Counted from the first letter of the stretch, positions 1-12,035 are shown. The stretch: DNA of 64,000 bases from Asterias rubens (GCF_902459465.1 NC_047070.1:1364001-1428000); one strand, 5' to 3'. Notes: a model not told the origin generated them from the sequence alone. Program-made: numbers and translations.

Positions 1-233
1 CGCAGAAGGCTATATTTTTCTGTATTCAATTTGCGCTTGTTTGACAATTATTATACCACAAAATTTCTATCTGAAATTAATGTTTGTATTACCTTCAGAT
101 AAGACTGTAAAGAGAATTAACATGTATGAAACATGACTATAAAATAATCAAAGTTTGAAAGAAAAAAGTAAATTTTGTGCCTTGTTGTTTACAATTATTT
201 TGGAGGTAATGCTTAAATAAAAGATAGACTTAC

Positions 234-3200
234 AGGGTAGTGTGTGACCCAGTGGATGACCTCTGACCCCGTCTCCTCATCCTTGTCAATCACATCCAGA
301 TTGATGACATAATTGTCCCATACTTTACGATACTCCAGATCCATCTGGACTTGGAAGAAAGCCTTGGCCGAAATGTCCATGAAACGTCCGTAAGCTAAGA
401 AGGAAGAAATTATTGTAGAATTGTACAAAGAGTGAAGTCAAATGTGATCAGTAATTTATACAAAATTTGTAGAAAAGGCATTCCAAAATGTTCATAATAT
501 TTTTGTGAGCGGTATGATGTTGCCTGTAGTGTATCCTGCCTATCTATTTCTTTTATCTAAGCATAGTGCGGACGATGCATTTCTATGGACACGTCATGCT
601 TCGCAGAGGTTTTGACAAAGAAATAATACAGTGGTCAGTAGAGGGAAAGAGAAGGAGAGGTGATCCAGCAACATCATGGATGACTGACATAAAGAAGTGG
701 ACTGGACAGCGAACAGCAGCTGCAGCGAGATCAGCAGTAGATCAAGATCTTTGGCATGAACTTGTGATGATCACCGCAGGACAATTGCGCCACCTTGCGC
801 CACCGGACTGAAGACAGAGAGAAGCGTAAGTATAGACTTGACAAATATTGAAAGAAAAAGAAAAACCTCTGCGACATGAACGACAAAATATTCTTACAAA
901 CCTTTGTACTCGTAGAGATAAGTATCATCTAACGGTCTTCTCCACACCTTCAGATGATCATTGTTGAAGATGGTGTCCCAAGATGCTTTAGTGAGGCTCA
1001 GCTCACCAGCAGACTCTAATCTCTCTAACTCAGCTACAACTTCAAAGTCATCTACGCATCTGAATAAAGTAGAACAAGTTATTGAAACACAAGTTTAGAA
1101 GTCAGGTTGGTGTATTGGTGTCTTGCCTCACCTTCCACCTCTGGGACCCTGGTTCGAATCCCACCAAAGGGGGCACTATGTGGATTGGGTTTTCAGCCCC
1201 TGCTACTTGACTGCGTGGGTTTTCCCTGGAATAAGTCTCTAAAACTGAAATTTCTTCATCATCTTCTCTTCTTGTATGGCAATAATAAGAGCGTTGAGAC
1301 TAATAAAACATGGAACTAATAAGATTGAAGTCACTGCTCTCATGTTTAAGCGTATTAGTCTACAGGAAATCATGATGTGGAATATATTACATAGATTATG
1401 GGGCTAAAAAGTAAGGTTTTTGAACAATGCATTTTGAAGCTGCTGCAATTTGTTTAGCCTCGTTAAAAATTTACAGTTCTTCAACAACCTTATTAAAAGC
1501 TAGTTATAACAAAGCAAAAAGGAATTAAAATATGAAGATACAACTGTGTCAATTTTCCAATTCAGTTAGAAGAAGTCAGCAGAATAATTGTTTTAAGAAT
1601 AATTTGACTTGTTGAAGAGAAGCACAAAAGGTGTCAAGCAAACCAGCCTGTTAAAAATGAAATGCCAGGCCTGTTCACACTTTCCCAAACCACAGCATAA
1701 ATACTGATGATGTGTACGACAAAAATGGGACAAGGATCTCTGCAACAATGCAGAGTATTGTTAGTACAGTATTGTCGGTGAGAGCAGGCTCTAAAATAAA
1801 AGAAAAAAAGCAGGCCTTGAATTTCACCTTAGAAAGGGCAAAGCTATTTTCATTTTGCAAAGGGCACGTCCCGTTGACAACTCTTCAAAGTTCAAGTCAA
1901 TGGAAAACTTTTGAAGGGGCACCAAGGCCAAAACATGGGGCAACAAAGGCCATAGCCTGAAAGTATGTATCCAAAAATGCTCACAAGCAGTCTCATTCAA
2001 AAACACACACTTCACACCATAGACACTGGACCCTGAAAAGATCGTTTAAAGGCAGTGGACACTATTGGTAATTATCAAAGACTAGCCTTCACAGTTGGTG
2101 TGTCTCAACATATGCATAAAATAACAAACCTGTAAAACTTTGAGCTCAATCGATCTTCGAACTTGCGAGATAATAATGAAAGAAAAAAACACCCATGTCA
2201 CACGAAGTTGTGTGCGTTTAGGTTGTTGATTTCGAGACCTCAAGTTCTAAATCCGAGGTCTCGAAATCAAATTCGTGGAAAATTACTTCTTTCTCGAAAA
2301 CTATGGCACTTCAGATGGAGCCATTTCTCACAATGTTTTATACCATCAACCTCTCCCCATTACTCGTTGACCACCAAGAAAGGTTTTATGCTAAAAATTG
2401 TTTTGAGTAATTACCAATAGTGTCCACTGCCTTTAACATTAAGACACAATGTGCCATTTATGTAGGGCACAGTATGTGTAAGATGCCTCTGTCAAAAAAA
2501 ATTTACAATTCAAAGCTTCTAAACTGGGGATTGACAATACTCTCTATACACATCATGTACTTAAAACAACCTGGGTTGCTGCTTGTAATGTGATTACAAA
2601 TCTAACATGATGTCAAAACGAATAGCATGTGACTTTTTGGACATCAGTTCAGATTGTTAAATTTGTTCTTTTCTTTTAAATATGGCATCTGATACAATCG
2701 TACTAATTTTGGAACATAGAATTATTTTGGTCACTCCCTGTTTTGATTTCTACTTGACTGTAGCATCAATGGTTGCAATCAGCAATCAAATGTATGGCTC
2801 CAAGTCTAATATGTTTTGTCTGCAATATATATGCAGCAATATGACCTGATGAGATATGCGCAAGGATCGAAACCATACAAAGACCCTTCCACACTAGTTG
2901 TGCAAACCATACTGTGGCCCTGCTCGATCCCCCTTTCTTATCAAAACTTTCTGGGTGGAGCAAGGACCAGATCAAGGCCAGATTATGATTAATGCAAGTA
3001 CCCTTGTAAATCCACACTGTCAGTCACACGTACGTGGTCACACGTACAGTTGCATAAATAATCGTAGCCCTCCATCCTTGAACGTCTGCTACCGTCGCCA
3101 TGAAGATAGAGGGATATGATTATCGCAGTTCATAAGCTGTGAATTAACCATTTTCACATACTGTGAATTTTTATGGAGTAATAAGTATTCTTACTTGTAT

Positions 3201-3887
3201 TTTAGCATGCTTAGGCCTACTAAAAGTACTAGATACATGTATATAAATTGTAGTAACAAGACATTTCCTGAAAATGTTTAAACTGACATTTTTATAAACT
3301 GACCATCACAACTAGTATTTTATATGGTTGCCTTCGGGAAATGTTCGGTAACCTGCCACAACTTTTTTATTTGTTACATCATTTATTAATTTAAAACATT
3401 ATACATGTACATTAAGAATGCAAATTTTAAAAACACCGCAACTGCCTAACCTATCAATTTCATTGTCGGATATTTTCTCCCTGTCCCACACAAAGCAGGC
3501 TCCTCCAAACAGAAAATAAAATGGTCGTTTCCTGCCCCTCAAGAATCTCCTTGAAAAGTTCGCCGTCAATGTCTGAAGCATATTTTCCGCATATATTGAG
3601 CCATAAATGCTTAGTACTCCTTCCATACGACGCAATTTCTGTGAAGCATAGACGTGAAGTTGCCGTTTGAGAAGTCTGAATATGGCATCCAAGCTCTCGG
3701 ACAGACTTTGTCCCCGCAATAGTGTCACTTGCACGGCGTGAATCCATCGCCACTTCGGTCGTCCAGCATGTCCGCCGTGTGTTCCACAATTCCAGTTTAT
3801 TTTCCTTGCAAAATCCAACTTGTTTCCTTCAACACGGGGTGTCAGAAGCCTCCTGGCTGCTCCTCGAATTGAGTTCTGAAATGCCAT
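234..3887 (-). CDS. STARD7: StAR-related lipid transfer protein 7 (START domain, mitochondrial PC transfer); 5' part, gene continues off the left edge
   Basis: Exons 3451-3887 (ACCATGG start; ends [15 protein letters not shown]), 902-1059 ([26 protein letters not shown]) and 234-394 ([15 protein letters not shown]...[12 protein letters not shown]). All have GT-AG ends and compatible phases; motifs match vertebrate STARD7 as I recall it. Confidence 0.93.
566..815 (+). mobile_element. 5'-truncated non-LTR retrotransposon 3' end (RTE-like) in STARD7 intron 2
   Basis: ORF 566-811 reads FYGHVMLR...[23 protein letters not shown]...DQDLWHELV, the typical GHV.R/G.R.RGRP...W.D.I/DR..WR tail of RTE-type RT proteins. 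Confidence 0.75.
1101..1300 (+). mobile_element. tRNA(Gly-like)-derived SINE, family S1
   Basis: A-box TGGTGTATTGG and B-box GGTTCGAATCC; near-identical copy on the - strand at 46460-46670. Confidence 0.75.
2046..2436. mobile_element. TTAA-flanked MITE family A (Kolobok/T2-type)
   Basis: TIR TTAAAGGCAGTGGACACTATTGGTAATT at both ends. Other copies at 10451-10827, 19064-19455, 24261-24647, 37780-38163 and truncated 36418-36545. Confidence 0.9.
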
Positions 3888-4452
3888 GGTTTTACCTTCA
3901 AAAACTGGTGTCAAAACCCTACAAAACTAGAACCTTGTGTGTGAAATAAGTTACGTAAATTTGAGCAGAAGTGCACGCCATTTTCACGTGAACGAACTTT
4001 TGTAACTAAACCGCATTTACTGGCTTCATGAAAGTGTCACAGTTGCGTTCATGTAGTTTAGCTAGCTTCAGCTTGGTAAAGATATGGAGCGCCAAAAGGA
4101 TGAAAATTCTTAAAAACGTTTCGATTAATCGCCTCGTTCCTTCCCCAGCAGGGTGGTGAGCAATCTCGCTGCGCCATTTCTTCCTAGCTTGATTTGCCCG
4201 CTCATACCGCCTCGAATTGTTTCATTAAAATGTGCTCGAATCTAGCACATTCTAATTTAGGCATGTGACTGATCTACTATTCCACTCTACATTGTGCTAG
4301 CTCAAGTATGGTAATGCGCAATAGAGGAATCAAGTAAAAGTCAAGTAAAAGTTTAGTCATGGTTGATCCCTCTCATTTCTTCTTTGATCTTGTGATGTGT
4401 GATGTGTAACTGTATGCAGCTAATTTCAGGTGGAAAGTTTAATTTGCATATG

Positions 4453-4485
4453 TGTTTGTTTGTTTGTTTGTTTGTTTGTTTGTTT
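4453..4485. repeat. (GTTT)n microsatellite
   Basis: Direct reading. Confidence 0.95.
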
Positions 4486-4632
4486 GGATAGCGGGTTTTA
4501 CGATCTTGCCATGCCGCCGTTTTCATTTTTTTGTTCCCAGATTGCATTGCTCGATCGTATCCCCTTGAGGTGTGACTTGAAAGTATCCAAATATTATGTG
4601 ATATTTCAATCAGTCCTGGTTTGGGGAATTAT

Positions 4633-4692
4633 TTAGGGTTAGGGTTAGGGTTAGGGTAAGGGTTAGCGCTAGGATTGTTATGGTTAGGGTTT
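4633..4692 (+). repeat. Interstitial telomere-type (TTAGGG)4 plus degenerate units
   Basis: TTAGGG x4 at 4633-4656, then TAAGGG, TTAGCG, CTAGGA and TTAGGG. Confidence 0.85.
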
Positions 4693-6236
4693 AGCATTGA
4701 GCGCACTGTGCTGTGAAGAAAACTTTGCGGTCAGTATTGCGTGACCCCCAAGTGAATACACCTTATACACGCACACGCATTAAAAAACTCACAGCATTTC
4801 GAATTATGCGCGTTATGGTAGCCAAAGACATCCAGGGGTTAGAGACGTACGCAAAGCTATCGGGCAATACGGCGCGCTGCCCATGGTATAGTAGCGCGGC
4901 TAGGTTTGTGACATAAAAATTTAAAGGTGCTATTTCCATCAAGATCATAGCGCACGAGAAAGAAATTAACATACAAAAAGCAGATAGAGTATTAGATTCC
5001 CTAATGACAGTAGGGAGATTGTAAGTGCCAAATAATGTTGTTCTTAAAGCACCATGTAATCTAGAAATAGATAACAATAATAAGTATAATTCTTTTCGTG
5101 TCAAAGTTCCTCTTTTCTCCGGACTGGTCCCAACCAACATTTTTGTTGAGGCGAAAATGAATACGATTCACAACACTTTTCGCCTGCTATACCAGTCCGA
5201 AAAACGTCGTGTTCCTAAACCTATTAACGCAACATGCTAACTTAATTGAACGTTGATTGTGGCACCAGACTAATGAAGGCGGAATGACGTGTTTACTTAT
5301 TTCGATGATTGCTTGTTTGTAAATTGTGGGGCATTTTAATAACTGAAATAAACACGTTGACGCACCCAGTCTTGTCTTGTGAAACATTTTTCTTGTCAGA
5401 CATCTATGAAGACATCAATGAATACAATTTGGGAACGTACTGTTTTCTAGTGGAACAAGACGTTGAAACGTAAGTGATCACTAAATGGAATTTAGACTTT
5501 CTCTGTTCCTTGTCTGCTGCCGGCCATAGTGCCACTACACTAGTACCAGCCGTGGTGGTGCGACTGCTGAGCCGAGGCAAGTGAGTGAGTCATGACTTGT
5601 GATGAGAGCATGACTGAGTGATTATATTGTGATTGATAGCCGGCCGGCAGCCCCATAAATAGGACCAATATTCTTAGTATCCTTCTTGGAAAGATTTCCG
5701 GCCCCATATCCTGCCACCATTTTTGTTTTTACTTATTAAAATTTAAATTAATTAATTATGTTTCATACAATCATCAATGTTTCTTATTAATCTTATTTCA
5801 TTATCCAAAATAATATCTCATTTGCGTATTTGAATTTGGCAATATCAGATCATGGCTCTAAAAAACTATATTATGTCTATGGTGAGGGTATCGCAAATAG
5901 CAAAATATAAGGAGAGTGTGCTGTTGTGTTGAACCTACACGGAGAATAGGCCATGCGTGCGCACGTCGTACCTACCTCCATGGTCGTACATGACAAAAGT
6001 GTAGTGGCAGTGGGGGTATACGGAAATGTTTCCAGTACACCTATTTATCCGACAGTAACACCTCTATATTTACTTAAATGATTAAAATTGGCAGATGAAT
6101 GCCTTACTTATTGTAAATCTCCATATTTGTAATGTCTTATTTACCTTCCAGGTTGATGAAGTAAAGTTAACGATACCAAACATCAACCCACAATAACTTG
6201 CATCAAAGAGGACGAGAAGACGAATCAGTCAGCAGA

Positions 6237-9192
6237 ATGAAGCTGTTAGCGATTACTGTCCTTTATAAAGGTCATCCCAAAGTCGTCACTCTATCAAGTG
6301 CCTATAATTTATCATCATTTGGCTACTTCCAAAAGGGCAGGTAAAGTTCAAATCCAGTTTTCATTGTAATGGATTGTTTGACAAAACATTGGTTTTCTCA
6401 AACAGCAAGAAGCTCTTAATATACAGTAAATTTCCATTGACACATAGGGAGACTGCCAACATAGGGCTATATAGCTCGGTTCGTAGAGTGCTAGCGTTAA
6501 TCTGGATGCCGTTCAAATCTCGCTACAGTGAATTTTTCTTTGTTCCAACCCAAAATCATAATTTTTAAACATAATTCATTATTCTAGTTGTCAGTGAAAC
6601 CAAGGAACTCACAACTGTGACCCGTAGGTCTGAAGATACCATGAAGTGAAGATTTAAGATTTGGATGCAGAGGGTTACTTCAATGCCTTCAATGTCTTAC
6701 AGATATATCCAGCTGCGTCTTGAGTGTTGATCTTGATTGTGATTGTGAAAATTAAATTGTTATGTTTATATTTTGTTTCATCTAATCAGTGTACAAGAGT
6801 ATATGAAGTTCACATCACGCATTGTTGTTGAAAGAAGTACGCCTGGCTTGAGAGCAACAGTAAAAGAACAAGGTTTGTCAAAACTTTAAAACCTAGGACA
6901 AAAAATAACTACCCTGTAACTGGAAACTATAAAAGTAAACATTTGGTTTTGGAAAGATAGCGGGCAGCCTTGCTACCATGGTCAGCGGGCTAACTTAAAG
7001 TGACTGCTTTGTATGCAGGCTTTGTAAAAATTTATCAACACTTGTAAGGCTCTTTTGGGGAACTTAAAAATGCTAAGATTTCGATGCAACACATTTCAAA
7101 TGAGTCATATTTGTATTAGGTGGTCACCCAATGAAAGGAGCCTGTTTGTTGTTCTGTGACTTGAAGCGTCTTTTGACAGCGCATTCTGCGTAGTCTCTAA
7201 ACACAGAATGGATCAACCGACAGACTAATTAAAATATCCAATATATTTTGATATGTTCCAGGTCACACTTCCAGCTGTCGAGATCGAGCAAGCACTCTGA
7301 TCATACACCACTGGGCACAAGGTTGGATAACGGGTGCTTGTTTTTCTCGATTACTAATTAGTAAAATGTGTGTTTATTTACAGAGTACAGTTGTCACACA
7401 TACGTCCGAAGCGATTCTTTATCGGGGGTCGTCATAGCAGATCATGAATATCCCTCAAGAGTAGCTTTTACATTATTAAACAAGGTATATATTTGTCTAA
7501 TCATTATTTTTTTGTGTGTTCCTGGGGAAAGTCTTCATAATAAAGTTCCCACAAAATTCTGTAAAAATCTTTGTTCTTCTTTTGTTATCAAGTAATAAAC
7601 CACAAGGGAAACTCAGGCCTGTATGCTCCGATTTTTTAAAGGGCAAGGGCACCAAGGCATTTTCTCCTTGGTAAAGGGCACCCTTTGGGGAAAAATCTAG
7701 CAGACAATAATGGAGGCAATCGCCTTCATTGCTTCCGTGAAGTATCAGGTCTGGAAACTGACTGGATAAATTGTTAAATACTTTTGGGTTGAAACATGGA
7801 ATCATTTTACTATTTTTGTTTAAATAAAACCTGTAGGTTTTAGATGAATTTTCAACTGAAAACTCTGCCAGGTCGTGGCCAACCTTGGCCGAGAATTCTG
7901 TGACGTTCAAACAACTTGATGCATACCTCGCAAAGTACCAGGTAAGTGTGGCAAGATTCAGTTTGAAAACGATACTGTGACCTTTCTTAATTTTTGGTTT
8001 TTAGAAATGCATGAACATCAAGTTTCATTAAATGATGTGGTTTATAAATTTTGTACTCCACTAATGTGACCCAAGTTGACCTTAGCTAACCCTAGTTGAC
8101 CTTGGACAAAAAAACCAGGATCCTAACCCTCATCGATCCTCATGACCTCATTTGACTTCATACTGGATTTGACAAATTTCACATTGTGTGACCATCTCGT
8201 TTGTCTCTCAGTTAGACCTGATTGAACGCCATCAAATTTTAACTTGAAAAAAAAGACTGAATAAATTACGTCCTTTAGTTCTAAAATGACTCTGTTTTGA
8301 ATGACTCTATTTGACAAGCTATGACTCTATTTGACCTGGTATGACTCTATTTGATCTGATATGACTCTATTTGACCCATTATGACTGTATTTGACCTGAT
8401 ATATGACTGTATTTGACCTGATATATGACTCTGTTTGACCTTTAGGATCCAGCACAGGCAGACCCTATGATGAGGCTACAGAGCGATTTAGATGAAACCA
8501 AGATTATAATGGTAAGTTTCTTAGTTTTGCATAAGACTCCAACAAAATTTCCTTTCCTTGAGTAAGTGACAGATATCTTTCTTGACATCCATCAAATTTG
8601 TTCTAGAGTTGTTTGGATGTAATACTTCATAGCCAAATCAATCATGCTGTTCAAGGTGTTGTACTATATAGTCTCATAACGTCATTCTTAACAAGCTCCA
8701 CCAATTTGAAATCTTGGGGCCAGGAGTGTCATTTTGTATTGACAGACTAGTCGCATTATAAATGTCCACTATTATGAATGTACACTATTATTAAAGCTGG
8801 CTATATTATGTCATATTCTATCCTCACAGCACAATACAATCGACGCAATGTTACAGCGAGGAGAAAAATTGGACGACCTTGTTGCCAAATCGAACGACCT
8901 CAGTTTACAATCAAAGACATTCTACAAAACTGTAAGTAGGCATTTCTATGGTTATACGTATAAACATTTTACGCAATCATCAGTTTAGCCAAATTAGATT
9001 TGATTTGAAGTTGATCATTATTTTCTTATGTCTAATGTGGGCTAACATTTTGTTAACAAATAATTTAAAAAAGAGCGACATAAAATATATATCTTTGATT
9101 GCAACTTCTTCAAAGACCTTAAAAGCACTGGACACTTTTGGTAATTGTCAAAATCCACTATTCTCAATTGGTGTATCCCAACATATGCATAA

Positions 9193-9229
<37 letters not shown>

Positions 9230-9742
9230 TTTATATAGCGCTTTATACTAAAAATAAGTTTCTAAGCGCTTCACAAAAAACAAATATAAATGATAAGTAA
9301 GCAAACGGGAAAATTAAAGCTAGAAATATACAATAATAATAAAATAACAAGTCTTTGACAATTTTGACTTAATTTGTCATCAAAGTTGCAAGAGAATAAC
9401 AAAGGGAAAAACTTTTTTGCACAAATTTGAGTGCTTCAGATGCCTAAAAAGGCTTCAGGCCTGAAGTCTTGTTTTATATTTGAGTGAGAAATTACCTCTT
9501 TCTAAAAAGAAAGTGAGCCGTTTCTCACAATGTTTAATACTATCAACAGCTCTCCGTTGCTCGTTACCAAAGAAGTTTTTATGCTAACAATTATTTTGAG
9601 TAATTACTAAAGTGTCCAGTGCCTTTAAAAGTGCACTTTTAAAGCACATTTTTGTCAGTGGTTTACATCCTAACTGGTTTGTTTCATCTGTTTACTTTTA
9701 TCTCAGGCCAAGAAGACGAACTCTTGTTGTGTTATCCAATAG
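6237..9742 (+). CDS. YKT6: Synaptobrevin homolog YKT6 (longin R-SNARE), 198 aa
   Basis: Exons 6237-6340, 6790-6872, 7384-7484, 7837-7941, 8446-8511, 8830-8931, 9707-9742 (597 nt). MKLLAITVLYKG...ADPMMRLQSDLDETKIIM...RGEKLDDLV...KKTNSCCVIQ*, with the CC-aaX lipidation motif. Confidence 0.97.
6444..6565 (+). mobile_element. Short tRNA-derived SINE family S2 with conserved 5' leader
   Basis: ATAGGGAGACTGCCAAC leader + GGCTAGATAGCTCAGTTGG...GGTTCAAATCC-like head + CTTTGTTCAACCCAAAATC tail; copies on the - strand at 46315-46430, 49500-49562 and 51862-52000. Confidence 0.7.
8286..8440. repeat. 20-bp minisatellite (ATGACTCTATTTGACCTGAT)x8 abutting the YKT6 exon 5 acceptor
   Basis: Eight 15-22 bp units read directly; the last unit ends 5 nt before the exon. 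Confidence 0.92.
9119..9628. mobile_element. TTAA MITE (A-related subfamily with CTTCAGGCCTGAAG palindrome) carrying a nested LINE-tail insertion
   Basis: TIR TTAAAAGCACTGGACACTTTTGGTAATT / AATTACTAAAGTGTCCAGTGCCTTTAA; uninterrupted sister copy at 43819-44177. Confidence 0.8.
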
Positions 9743-11086
9743 AAGCCGCCCTTTGGTGTCCAATTAACGGCTAAGCAGATTTTTGATGCTAAGCAAATTT
9801 TGTCATGTTTAGCAAATGAGGATAAGCTAATTAGCCAGATGAAATACATTAATGTGCTTGTTTGGTTTAACAATATTTGTATCACCAAAGGAGATATACT
9901 TGATTTCAAAGTGACCAGAGAAAATTTTACAAGCCTATCCAGCATAATTTGTGCTGTATAGTTGGCATCTAATTGAAACATACTTTACAGTTGAAGTCAG
10001 TGTTTGATTGTAGGACCCTACATGGATCACTGGCCCCCGTCTGCAAAACATTCACTGCGAAAACAGCCCTGAGACATCATAATTCGCTTCGCATTCGTAG
10101 GAAGTATGAACCGGGCTTTATTCAAGTGCTAACACTTGTCTGAGTGTAGCACTCGTGTAGGTTATACAAAATATAATTGCAATATGTATTCTTGTGATTG
10201 GCACCTTTGAATGTGCATGCAGTCTGGCAGCAATTTGCACCACACCTGAAGGGCAAAATTTCATTGTTGTTTTGGCTGGTGGTTGCCTAACTCAGTCGTT
10301 GCTTAGCAAAGACATTTGTCAACCAGTATTTTCTGCTAAACAGCTTTATGAAATTGGGCCCAGCTATTGCTCTTTTCCGATGCCACACAGGTCAACCTTG
10401 AAGCCCTGTTGTAATGACTTCAATTAAAAGTAATTAACAATCCACGCCCATTAATGGCAGTGGACACTATTGGTAATTGTCAAAGACTAGCCTTCACAGT
10501 TGGTGTATCTCAACATACGCATAAAACAACAAACCTGTGAAAATTTAACCTCAGTCGGTCATCGAACTTGCGAGATAATAATGAAAGAAAAAACACCCCT
10601 GTCACACGAAGTTGTGTGCATTTAGATGGTTGATTTTGAGACCTCAAGTTCTAAATCTGAGGTCTTGAAATCAAATTCGTGGAAAATAACTTCTTTCTCA
10701 AAAACTATGGCACTTCAGAGGGAGCAATGTTTTGTACCATCGACCTCACCCCGCCACTCGTTACCAAGTAAGGTTTTATGCTAATAATTATTTTGAGTAA
10801 TTACCAATAGTGTCCACTGCCTTTTAAACATCACCTCGTTTACTTGGGCAGTTTAGCAAAACTTAAATCCAGTTATTTTTATTACCGGGCTATGGAGTCG
10901 GCTCCTGTATTTTATCAAATGTATTGATTTATAAAGATGAAATATATTTGACAACACTTTGAATGAACTAACTCATCCAAAAACCAATAATATTCCATCA
11001 ATGTTTCAAGTTCTTTGGTAACAAAAGAAAGAACTGCAAACTGAAAGTTTTCTTTAAAAAAGTGTGAAAGTAACTTGAAAGAACTC

Positions 11087-11268
11087 GAGCCTTGTTCATA
11101 CTTCCTGTAATCTTTCTGCAAAGTGAATTTGATGTCAAAGTCAAAGCTCTGTTTTTGCTGCGAGTTCTTCGCAAGAGTTGAGCACAGCCAAACTCATGCG
11201 CATTGTTCGTTGCGAATTTGTGATGTCAAATTTGCTTCGCATTCGCAGAAAGTAAGAACCGGGCTTCT
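11087..11268. mobile_element. PIF/Harbinger-like MITE (TIR AGCCCGGTTCATACTTCC-like)
   Basis: Inverted termini; sister copies at 50765-50942 and partial 10033-10118. Superfamily is inferred from TIR style. Confidence 0.55.
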
Positions 11269-11699
11269 TGTAAATATTAAATGTAAGAACTTCTAAGAGA
11301 ATTGCTTCTCTTGAGTTCCATGTGTATTGTATTTCAAATGTATAGCCTATTATTAGTAAACCCATCGCAGTGTCTGAAATTGTGGCTACGGCTTTGGCTA
11401 GATTGCCATGTCATCATGAATTGGTGTATAGTTTTTCCTTAGCAACAGTCTTAGCCGCAGCTGCCAATTTTGGATACGGCTTAGGATTAATATCTGGTCC
11501 AATGTAAGGCCTGTGTTCAGAGAGCCCAGTTTCTCTACAATACAACTTCCTTTGTTTACAGAAACACATTTGACAATTGTGTGAATACAGCCTTTTTTTT
11601 GTTATTTTGACTAAACATGTAATATTTATACTTTAAAGAGGTATGGTGTGAGTGAAGCCAAGGCCTTTATAATACAAACTAAAAGAACAACTTATGTTC

Positions 11700-12035
11700 A
11701 TGGTGTGTCGTGGCGTAGCGGTTAAGAACACCGGGTTCAAGCTCTGATGTTTGATCAGCAGTGTGGGTTCGAGTCCCGACATGACACTTTGTGTCCTTAG
11801 GCAAGACACTGAACCATGATTGCTTTGTAAAGTTGGGGAGGTAGTGCTTTTTGCTGTACCAGCCAGGCTTCTCGTGGATGATTCCCAAGCCTACTTCCGT
11901 ATGGACTGTAAAGGGGGTAACCCCGTTTCAGCCCCAGGAGTAGGTGGCACTGGCCCCTGGCAAAAATAAAAAATTGTAGCCCACACCTTGAAGTGGCCTT
12001 CAGGCCTTGTGTGTATGGCGACTTGCATAAATAAA
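11700..12035 (+). mobile_element. tRNA-derived SINE with V-SINE-like core, family S3
   Basis: A-box TGGCGTAGCGG, B-box GGTTCGAGTCC, core GTGTCCTTAGGCAAGACACTGAACC; related copies at 27830-28090 (+) and 35555-35815 (-). Confidence 0.75.

Larger units (their letters stand above)
3888..6151. promoter_or_regulatory. Divergent (head-to-head) promoter region STARD7/YKT6
   Basis: Lies between the STARD7 ATG (3887, -) and the YKT6 ATG-exon acceptor (6151, +); locally CpG-richer. TSSs cannot be located from sequence. Confidence 0.5.

Noticed and set aside
2163-2420. Recurrent ORF family MRDNNERK.../FETSNSK... (also 19090-19338, 24277-24530, 37810-38034, 43864-44127)
   Set aside because: These are chance reading frames within copies of the non-coding family-A MITE; frames break differently in each copy and no domain is recognisable.
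2046-2436. piggyBac assignment for the TTAA-flanked MITEs
   Set aside because: Termini begin AGG/AGC rather than CC, which fits Kolobok/T2-type elements better; no transposase is present in the window to confirm either.
4713-5240. ORFs 4713-4916, 4763-5140 and 5025-5240 in the promoter gap
   Set aside because: No recognisable motifs, no splice-compatible partners, and overlapping frames on both strands.
8286-8440. Regularly spaced repeats resembling a CRISPR array
   Set aside because: Units are contiguous with no unique spacers, there are no cas genes, and the context is a eukaryotic intron; it is a minisatellite.
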